From assembly GCA_009778255.1 (NCBI GenBank), contig WRKD01000230.1:1-37297 (forward strand): DNA of 37,297 nucleotides, given 5' to 3'. Numbering within the stretch: the stretch's first letter is position 1; the number at the start of each line of letters is the position of its first letter. The notes under the pieces are model-generated. The model searched no databases. It saw only the letters and a program-made list of their open reading frames with translations, and was not told where the DNA came from. The stretch is from Bacillota bacterium (GTDB taxonomy: Bacteria > Bacillota > Dehalobacteriia > UBA4068). Positions 17,106 to 24,803 of the stretch are shown here, in pieces. Both the position numbers and the translations under genes were made by a program.

Positions 17106-17371
17106 GCCAGGAGCCAGAAGTCAGAATGGAATTGAACACCTTTAGAGTATGCATCCAGTAATTTGCAATTCACGAATAATTTGCTGACTTCGTTTAGTAA
17201 ATTAGGAAGTTTCCTGAACGTCATAATACTCAAGATCTTTAGCTAGAATCAAATAGTATCTGCATTCCTCAACATAAAAACAAAACTCTTCTAAAAGCAG
17301 CATAAAATCTCATAGCTTGCTCTTATTGGTTTGTTTCTTTAGATATTCTGACTTCTGACTTCTGACTCCTG
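17106..17371. repeat. 20-nt imperfect inverted repeat pair (18/20) bounding a 226-bp AT-rich segment
   Basis: The reverse complement of 17106-17125 (ccaggagccagaagtcagaa) is ttctgacttctggctcctgg. This matches ttctgacttctgactcctga at 17352-17371 in 18 of 20 positions. Confidence 0.8.
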
Positions 17372-17374
17372 ACT
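17347..17374. repeat. Four tandem heptamers CTGACT(T/C)
   Basis: ctgactt ctgactt ctgactc ctgactc, read directly at 17347-17374. Confidence 0.95.
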
Positions 17375-17592
17375 CCTCCTAAATCATGCACTCTAGCTTG
17401 AGAAGCGCCTATAATCATGTTTTATTTTAATGTTTATTCGAAGGAATAACATATAAAGCCAGTCATATCAAAAAATATTTTATCATATGTATGGCTACGT
17501 TCAGAAATTTCTTTGCGAATGATGTTCTTTTTTAGCTAAGCGAATTAAATGATTTTAAGGACGGGATGACGGAAAACTATGTCTGCTCCCAG

Positions 17593-18789
17593 CTACCTAA
17601 GTAACCAGTCAAGAGCATTAATCTGTTTAATGCCATTGTGCGAGGTCAGCGGACTATGATCCATCGTTAAAATATATTTTGGATTGTGGTCATTTATTGC
17701 TTCCAAAGGCGCAAGCTCCCGTTTCAGGATATCGCCCGTTGCGTCTATTAATGTGTAAGCGACTTGATAATATTCCTCACCCTCATCGCTGATTGCGATA
17801 AAGTCAACCTCAGTAGTTCTGACCTTGCCGATGTAGACCTCATATCCACGGCGCAGAAGCTCCAAAAATACGATATTTTCGAGGATATGCCCATCGTCGG
17901 CTTTTTTCGTGCCGAGCATGGCGTACCGCAGCCCGACATCGGCGGAATAGTATTTGTCACCTGTTTTTAAGTGCTGCTTCCCTTTGATATCATATCGACC
18001 GATCTTGTAAAGGATGAAGCTATCGATTAGAGCCGAAAGATAACTTTCCACCGTATGAACCGCTATTTTTCGCCCTGCGGAAGTCATCGTATCGGAAATG
18101 CTTTTTGTGGAACAGATATTGCCGATGTTGTGGAACATGAAACGAACCACACTTTTGAGCATTTCAATATCCGGGAATTTCCTGCGGGCAACTATATCTT
18201 TCAGTACTATCGTATCGAATATGCCTTGTAAATACTGCCGCCTGTCTTTCTGCTTTTTAAACTCTAGGGCATAAGGAAACGCACTGTTTAGTATAAAATC
18301 CCCATATAGGCGGTCAACACTCGTATCTTTAGGAAACACAGAAACGTATTCCTTAAACGATAACGGAAGCATTTTTATCTCCACATACCTACCTGAAAGC
18401 AAGGTTGCCAATTCGCCGGAAAGCAAATAAGCATTTGAGCCCGTAATATAAACATCGCAATTTTTCTTGATGTACAGGCTGTCAACGGCTTTCTGAAAAT
18501 CTGTAACGCGCTGAACTTCATCAAGAAAAATGTACATCTTTTTGTCCGGCAGTAACCTTTCATTCACATAGACATATAGCTGTTTGCTGGTTTCTATGTC
18601 AGCAAACTCGCCTTCTTCAAGGTTGATAAAAACTATTTGATCATCAGTAACGCCGTCAGCCCGAAGATAGTCCTGATAAAGCTCGAACAGAGTGGACTTG
18701 CCGCAACGGCGTATGCCTGTAACCACCTTAATAAGCTGTTTATCCCGAAAACTGATTAGGCTATCAAGATATTCTTTTCTTGCTATCAT
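17593..18789 (-). CDS. AAA-family ATPase with DUF4143 C-terminal domain (AAA_14/DUF4143 type)
   Basis: YLDSLISFRDKQLIKVVTGIRRCGKST (Walker A), MYIFLDEVQ (Walker B), then a DUF4143-type region and the C-terminal EVDFIA motif. The ATG at 18789 follows GGAGG. Confidence 0.85.
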   Translation of the reverse strand: MIARKEYLDSLISFRDKQLIKVVTGIRRCGKSTLFELYQDYLRADGVTDDQIVFINLEEGEFADIETSKQLYVYVNERLLPDKKMYIFLDEVQRVTDFQKAVDSLYIKKNCDVYITGSNAYLLSGELATLLSGRYVEIKMLPLSFKEYVSVFPKDTSVDRLYGDFILNSAFPYALEFKKQKDRRQYLQGIFDTIVLKDIVARRKFPDIEMLKSVVRFMFHNIGNICSTKSISDTMTSAGRKIAVHTVESYLSALIDSFILYKIGRYDIKGKQHLKTGDKYYSADVGLRYAMLGTKKADDGHILENIVFLELLRRGYEVYIGKVRTTEVDFIAISDEGEEYYQVAYTLIDATGDILKRELAPLEAINDHNPKYILTMDHSPLTSHNGIKQINALDWLLR

Positions 18790-19094
18790 AAAGATTGCCT
18801 CCGATTTGCATTGATTGTACCACAACTCTTTTCAATTGTAAAGTTTTTGCAGTATATATGCAAAAATATTTGCCTTTTGTCTAGTTTTTTATATGAGTAT
18901 TATGACCGTAAACTGAAGATAGTGTTCGCCAAAAATATATGAATATGATTATTTTTCTATTTCGATTGACCTATCGGGCTTATCGCCGCGTTCGGATGGC
19001 AGTGGCTTAAATTGCCGCAGATGTTCAAGTATTGATGCTCTCTGTGTTACGCCCATGCTTTATCTGTGATTGTATAAAGAACACTGGTAGACTG

Positions 19095-19496
19095 GACCAG
19101 GATTTGGTTATCACAGCGCTAAAGCGATATACAAAAAACAAAATAAACATGAAGCGCCTTATGGATAAAGACGAGTTAGCACGCATTCAAAAAGGAGTAT
19201 ACGGCAAAGTAAAAACAACGCCTTTTGGCAAGCTAATGCCAAGCACGGATGCGTGCTATACTTGGTTCAGCGAAGGGGAAGCCGAAATGGATTTTGTCAT
19301 ACAGCGAGACGGAAAGATAATCCCTATCGAAGTCAAATCCGCTGATAACAGTAAGGCAAAAAGTTTGAGCATTTATATAGGCAAGTTCAAGCCTGAATAC
19401 GCGATAAAAATATCGGCTAATAACACTTTGGCTTTGCCAACGGTAAAAAGACAATCTAGCTTCTGGCATCTTAAGGGCAAAGCCCGCATTAGTTGA
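19095..19496 (+). pseudogene. Mosaic of two gene remnants: a DUF6088/AbiEi-like fragment fused to the C-terminal end of a second DUF4143-type ATPase
   Basis: ...ELARIQKGVYGKVKTTPFGKLMPS resembles the (R/K)GIYxxPK..FG motif of DUF6088/AbiEi-type proteins. From about 19254, EMDFVIQRDGKIIPIEVKSADNSKAKSLSIYIGKFKPEYAIKISANN is the typical C-terminus of DUF4143 ATPases. There is no plausible start or N-terminal domain. Confidence 0.55.
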
Positions 19497-19732
19497 ATAC
19501 TATACATTTTATTCAGATTAAATATAATATTTCTTGTAAATAAGTCTGAAATGCGAGTGAAATGCCAGTGAAAAATGAGATACGTGTATTACAATTATGT
19601 GTAAGCATATGAAAAATAATTAAAACAATAATTGTAAAATTATTATTTTTATTACATAATTTTAGTCATATTAATAGTAAATAACTTTTGTGATGATTAT
19701 TCAACTTGTACTTATGACAGATATATAGCATA

Positions 19733-19888
19733 TTAATCATTTTGTATGACCTCCAAATATCTTCGAATAATTGCAAGAGCACTAAGATTATAGATTTCCA
19801 TTATAACTATTGGTGATATACCGCTTTTTTAGACATGATACCCGAAAGATTTACGTAAGGAGTGGCAGGATACACGATTTTCGAATTC
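19733..19888 (-). pseudogene. Tyrosine recombinase (phage-integrase family) 3' remnant with an in-frame stop
   Basis: The minus strand reads ...FENRVSCHSLRKSFGYHV*KSGISPIVIMEIYNLSALAIIRRYLEVIQND*. HSLRK(S/T)FGYH and the ...RYxxx C-terminal box (catalytic His/Arg and Tyr regions) are recognisable. They are interrupted by TAA at 19829-19831. No N-terminal two-thirds is present. Confidence 0.6.
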
Positions 19889-20071
19889 TAATGCTCCGGC
19901 GGCGGAGCGGATTAGCCAATAGGCTTTAATACAGCCTTCGCTGCCCGTTTTGCGCCTAGACTGCGTTGTCGTCGCTTCACGTAGCTGTAGGCTACGCTTC
20001 AGCTCCTCCGCCTTGCTAGGCGAAAAAATTGCTAGTGAATCTGGTAATTCGGAGTAAATCGAGGCGCCCAT

Positions 20072-20761
20072 ATGTTAGTAGAGATAGTCTTTTTGCCAAT
20101 TAACGATGATCCTCTCACCGGGGAAGAGCTGGAATTGTTCCAGTTTGTTTCATTGGAAAAACAAAAGAAACTTTTAAGATACAGGCACTATATTGATAAA
20201 AAACTATCCTTATATGCGGATCTCTTAGTACGTTATTTAGCCTGTAAACATCTAGGCTTAACAAATGATGCTTTAGTGTTTTCTCAAACAAATAACGGAA
20301 AACCATATTTACTGGGAGGATATTTATTTGCTTTTAACCTCTCACATACTAGAAACGCTATCGCTGTTGCTATTGCAAAAAGAAACGTTGGCGTTGACAT
20401 TGAAAAGGTGGTAAACAATACAAACCATATTGATAGATGCAAAATATGCAAAGAGTTTTTTACAACTGATGAGCAAAATTATGTAATTTCTGAAGCGGAA
20501 GGAAGAGATTGGCGCTTTTATGAGATTTGGACACGAAAGGAAGCATATTTGAAATGGAAAGGTGAGGGTTTTTCTTTACAGGTGAATAATTTCAGTACTC
20601 TGCACACTGGCCAAGGAGTACAAATAAACGCTATACCTGTCGGAGAGTATATTATTACAGTTTGTACTGAAATTATTATTCAGAGGTATTGCCTTTATTG
20701 CTGGACGGAAACGACTGCAAAACAAAGATTTTTGAATACTTTATCTCACAATGCCAACTAG
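20072..20761 (+). CDS. 4'-phosphopantetheinyl transferase, Sfp type
   Basis: GKPYL, FNLSHTRNAIAVAIAKRNVGVDIEKV and WTRKEAYLKWKGEG are the Sfp-family motifs. Confidence 0.85.
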   Translation: MLVEIVFLPINDDPLTGEELELFQFVSLEKQKKLLRYRHYIDKKLSLYADLLVRYLACKHLGLTNDALVFSQTNNGKPYLLGGYLFAFNLSHTRNAIAVAIAKRNVGVDIEKVVNNTNHIDRCKICKEFFTTDEQNYVISEAEGRDWRFYEIWTRKEAYLKWKGEGFSLQVNNFSTLHTGQGVQINAIPVGEYIITVCTEIIIQRYCLYCWTETTAKQRFLNTLSHNAN

Positions 20762-20997
20762 AACCTATTTAAATATAACTATAGGGCGCCTTAATAATAG
20801 TGCAAAGCAAACAATACGGAATGGAAGGCTTATTATCTGATCAACAATCTGTATTTTGTGAATCGGAGGGGTATTGGTTTTAGAGGCTGTTGATTATCGG
20901 GCAATTATCAACGGGCTAAACAAAACTAAAACGCAGGATAAAACGTGTTATTGCCATATTATCGTATTAATAAAGCAACACTCTTTATAAAGGCGTG

Positions 20998-22590
20998 ATG
21001 GAATATATGTCAGAACAAAGCTCATTATTTCGGAAAGTTTCTTTGGATCGGCTATCCTCACCAGAACAACTTGACCAAAAAATAACGGTTATTTCACCGA
21101 TAGGTTGGGTGGCGATAGTTTCCTTAGCAATTTTGCTTTTTGCCGCAGTAGTTTGGGGTTTTTTAGGTATAGTATCAGATAAAGTAAGCGGCAACGGTAT
21201 ATTAATGTACGGTGATGGGATTGTGAGTATTACTTCTCAAACCAGTGGCCAGATTACCGATGTCTACGTGCAAGAAGGGAGCTATGTAGAAAAGGGGCAG
21301 ATTATTGCCCGTGTTACACAAGACGAGTTAACGCAGCAAATTGAGCAGGTGCAGAAAAGCATTGACGCATTGGATACAGTAAATGTGGAGTCACTTGATT
21401 TTGATATTTACTCTCTTAGCAACGAAGTATACTCTCAATTTGCCCCGTTATTGGGGCAAATTCGTTCTGCTCGTGTTCAGCATGAGGCACAAAGATTGGA
21501 AGCAGAGAAAAACGAGCAGGATATTATTAACCAAAAGGAACAGCAAGCACAGCAAATTAATGCGCTCAGAAGACAGATAGCAATGCTGGAGGGGCAAATA
21601 TTACAATATAATAAGCAGCTTGAAGTAGATTTGGAAAAAGCACAAAAAGAATTGGAAGATGCGGAAATTTTATTCGATTTGGGAGATATCTCCAAAAATC
21701 AACTTGATTCGTCAAGGGATGAAGTATCAAGATTATTGAGAGAAATTGAATTAAGAAGCCACGACATTAATAATGGCGACTTAGGAAATTTTGACAAAGA
21801 GCTCAACAAGCCGAGCTTTGATTCTTCGCTTGTTTCAATGCAGTCGCAGCTTGAGGGTTACCGATTGCAACTGATTCAGGCACAGACAAATAATACACTA
21901 CTTAATGATATTTTTACCGATTACCTTTGGGGAGCATACAACCAGACAGGTGACCAAATCTCCTCACTTATTGAACAGTTTGCCGATCGCAAGCAGGTCA
22001 CATTACAAGATTATCAAGAGCACTTGGAATATCTGCAAACTCAATATTCTAAAAAAACTGCGATAATAGCGGAATTCAGCGGCATTGTGTCAGGACTTAC
22101 GGTTCAGCCATACGATTTAGCACAACCAGGTTTTGTACTTGGCAATATCGTTCGGGGCGATCAGGTAGCTGTTAGTTCCAATGTCAAAATGTATGTACCG
22201 ATGGGTAAAGGCAAACTGGTTGAAGATGGAATGGAGGTAAATATATCACCCACTACAGTTAATAGGGAAGAGCATGGATATATTATCGGGCAGGTTGTGT
22301 CAGTGTCGGCTTCGTATGTTACTCAGGAACATATAATGTCTATTCTGCAAAATCAGCAACTCGTGATGGCTTTTGGCGGAAACTCGGCCGTTATTGAGGT
22401 AGAAGTAGAGCTGCTGCGCGATGACAATACTATAAGCGGTTACAAATGGTCAACTCCAAAAGGAGCGCCTCTCCCTATCAGCCCTGGCACTATCTGCCGG
22501 GGAGAAATAAAAGTATCCGACCGGCGGCCTATTGATATGATCGTTCCGTTTATTAAGAAACTTTTCCAATCAAGCGAGGATTACCAATGA
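20998..22590 (+). CDS. HlyD-family membrane fusion protein, NHLM-bacteriocin-system secretion protein type (TIGR03794-like)
   Basis: N-terminus SLFRKVSLDRLSSPEQLDQ followed by one TM segment. It has a biotinyl/lipoyl-like hairpin (GQITDVYVQEGSYVEKGQIIARV), a long coiled coil and a C-terminal beta-barrel. The ATG at 20998 follows AAAGG. Family call from memory of the model and the adjacent two-ABC architecture. Confidence 0.8.
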   Translation: MEYMSEQSSLFRKVSLDRLSSPEQLDQKITVISPIGWVAIVSLAILLFAAVVWGFLGIVSDKVSGNGILMYGDGIVSITSQTSGQITDVYVQEGSYVEKGQIIARVTQDELTQQIEQVQKSIDALDTVNVESLDFDIYSLSNEVYSQFAPLLGQIRSARVQHEAQRLEAEKNEQDIINQKEQQAQQINALRRQIAMLEGQILQYNKQLEVDLEKAQKELEDAEILFDLGDISKNQLDSSRDEVSRLLREIELRSHDINNGDLGNFDKELNKPSFDSSLVSMQSQLEGYRLQLIQAQTNNTLLNDIFTDYLWGAYNQTGDQISSLIEQFADRKQVTLQDYQEHLEYLQTQYSKKTAIIAEFSGIVSGLTVQPYDLAQPGFVLGNIVRGDQVAVSSNVKMYVPMGKGKLVEDGMEVNISPTTVNREEHGYIIGQVVSVSASYVTQEHIMSILQNQQLVMAFGGNSAVIEVEVELLRDDNTISGYKWSTPKGAPLPISPGTICRGEIKVSDRRPIDMIVPFIKKLFQSSEDYQ

Positions 22591-24803
22591 GTGCAATTTC
22601 TAAAAAAGCACCAAAGCAGGAAGCCCCGCGCATCAATAACAGAGTACGCACACCCAGCATCCTACAAATGGAAATGGTAGAATGCGGTTCAGCTTCTCTT
22701 GCCATGATTTGCGCCTATTATAAAAAATATATACCGCTTGAAGTGTTACGTGTAGAGTGTGGTGTCACAAGGGATGGCGTTAAGGCTGGTAATATGGCAA
22801 GGGCGGCCAAGAAAATAGGCTTTGATGTTAAAGGCTTCCGCAAAGAACCAGCCGATTTAGCCAAGTTGAAGCCCCCTATGATTATCCATTGGAATTTTAA
22901 TCATTTTGTGGTTTTCGAAGGTTTCAAAAACGGCAAGGCATATATCAACGATCCGGCAAGCGGACGGCGGATTCTTTCCTATGAAGAGTTTGACCTGGCG
23001 TTCACCGGAGTAGTCCTAACTTTTGAACTTACAGAAGAGTTCGAGAGAAGCGGACAAAAAAGCACCATGATATCTTCATTGGCAAAACGGCTGCGGGGTG
23101 TGCAAAGCGCAATTGTATTCCTGGTAATTGTGGGGCTGCTGCTGGTTATACCAGGTCTTATTATCCCGGCTTTCTCTCGTATATTCATAGACGATTTGCT
23201 ATTGGCTGGCAGAAGTGAATGGCTAAAGCCTCTGCTTTGGTGCATGGGGGCTACAGCGCTTCTACAAGCCATTCTTACAGGAATTCAACAACGATATCTA
23301 TTGCGCATGGAAACCAAGATTGCTCTAAGTGGCGCCAGCAGCTTTTTTTGGCATATCTTACGGTTACCCATATTATTTTTTCAACAGCGTTCCCCCGGTG
23401 ATATCAGTTCCCGACAGAATTCCAACAATACTGTGGCAGAATTTTTGTCACGGCAACTGGCGGAAAATGTAATTGGTGTTATCACGCTTATATTTTATTT
23501 TATTGTTATGTTGCAATATAATGTGCTGCTTACCATGCTAACCCTAGTGCTGGCGGTTATAAATGTATTGTATTTTATTTATTCTTCCGGGAAAGTTGAG
23601 GATTTAAATAGTAAGCTGAAACAAGATGTGGGAAAGCTAGCCGGGACTTCGGTATCAGGGCTATTCATAATTGAAACCCTTAAAGCCACAGGTTCGGAAT
23701 CCAGCTTTTTTGCAAAATGGGCGGGTTACCACGCCAAGCAGTTAAATTCCCTACAAAAGATGGGCGCCTTTGCCCAGATTTTGTTTACCCTGCCAAACTT
23801 TATGTCCGGGCTTGCCAGCGTAATTGTTTTGTGCGTGGGCGGGATGCAGATTTTGGACGGCAATATGACCGTAGGTACATTGATCGCATATCAAAGCCTT
23901 ATTGTTAATTTTATGCATCCTATTAGCAAACTTACACAGATGGGCATGAAGATAAAACAGCTTAAGGGAGATATGAGCCGCCTTGATGATGTACATAAAT
24001 ATGCTGTGGATAAATTCAGCGACCCCGATCGTGATTTAGCGCTTGAAGCTGTCGGCGAAGCCGATTTCCGCAAGCTGGAGGGCTATGTGGAGATAAAAAA
24101 CTTGAGTTTTGGCTATAATGTGTTGGAACAACCGCTTATCGAAGATTTCAATCTAAGCCTAAAGCCTGGATCCCGCGTGGCATTGGTTGGAGCTTCCGGC
24201 AGCGGTAAGAGTACGGTTGCCAAAATGCTTGCGGGCATTAACCGCCCTTGGGGTGGCGAAATTTTGTTTGATGGCGTAAGCAGGGACGATCTGCCGCGCA
24301 ATGTAATCAGTAACTCTCTGGCAGTAGTGGATCAGGATATCAGCATGTTTGAGGGAACTGTTCAGGACAATATAACCATGTGGGATGAAACAATCAGTGA
24401 TGCGGATATAGTGGGAGGCGCGAAGGACGCTTGCATCCACGATGACATTGCCGCACGCGAGGGTGGGTATAAAAGCACTATCAGGGAAGGCGGCGCAAAT
24501 TTCAGCGGCGGTCAGCGTCAGCGTTTGGAAATTGCCAGGGCTTTAGCTATCAATCCCTCTATTTTAATTCTTGATGAAGCTACCAGCGCGTTAGATGTGC
24601 GTACAGAAAAAATAGTCAATGATAATATCCGCAGGCGGGGTTGTACATGTATTATTGTGGCACATCGTTTAAGCACTATCCGAGACAGCGACGAGATTAT
24701 TGTTATGCATCGCGGTAAAATTGTTCAACGAGGCGCCCACGATGAAATGAAAAATGTTCCCGGTCCTTATGCTGAGCTAATTGAAACGGCGGTGAGTGTG
24801 TGA
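22587..24803 (+). CDS. Peptidase-containing ABC transporter (C39 double-glycine peptidase + TMD + NBD), NHLM ABC1 type (TIGR03796-like)
   Basis: C39 domain with Cys (QMEMVECGSASLAMICAYY), His (HWNFNHFVV) and Asp (INDPASG). Six-TM ABC exporter domain. Walker A GASGSGKST, signature FSGGQRQR, Walker B ILILDEATSALD. The ATG overlaps the upstream stop (ATGA). Confidence 0.9.
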   Translation: MSAISKKAPKQEAPRINNRVRTPSILQMEMVECGSASLAMICAYYKKYIPLEVLRVECGVTRDGVKAGNMARAAKKIGFDVKGFRKEPADLAKLKPPMIIHWNFNHFVVFEGFKNGKAYINDPASGRRILSYEEFDLAFTGVVLTFELTEEFERSGQKSTMISSLAKRLRGVQSAIVFLVIVGLLLVIPGLIIPAFSRIFIDDLLLAGRSEWLKPLLWCMGATALLQAILTGIQQRYLLRMETKIALSGASSFFWHILRLPILFFQQRSPGDISSRQNSNNTVAEFLSRQLAENVIGVITLIFYFIVMLQYNVLLTMLTLVLAVINVLYFIYSSGKVEDLNSKLKQDVGKLAGTSVSGLFIIETLKATGSESSFFAKWAGYHAKQLNSLQKMGAFAQILFTLPNFMSGLASVIVLCVGGMQILDGNMTVGTLIAYQSLIVNFMHPISKLTQMGMKIKQLKGDMSRLDDVHKYAVDKFSDPDRDLALEAVGEADFRKLEGYVEIKNLSFGYNVLEQPLIEDFNLSLKPGSRVALVGASGSGKSTVAKMLAGINRPWGGEILFDGVSRDDLPRNVISNSLAVVDQDISMFEGTVQDNITMWDETISDADIVGGAKDACIHDDIAAREGGYKSTIREGGANFSGGQRQRLEIARALAINPSILILDEATSALDVRTEKIVNDNIRRRGCTCIIVAHRLSTIRDSDEIIVMHRGKIVQRGAHDEMKNVPGPYAELIETAVSV

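Noticed and set aside
17036-17233. 65-aa minus-strand ORF
   Set aside because: It reads through one arm of the inverted heptamer repeat (HSDFWLLATW comes from the repeat). It has no RBS and no family resemblance. I treat it as part of a degenerate element rather than a gene.
20821-20883. 20-aa ORF (MEGLLSDQQSVFCESEGYWF) just upstream of the HlyD-like gene, followed by an imperfect hairpin at 20889-20912
   Set aside because: It is tempting as an exporter cargo, but it has no double-glycine motif and no convincing RBS (only ACGGA), and it is very short. It cannot be supported from sequence alone. It is worth a look only if peptidomics detects it.
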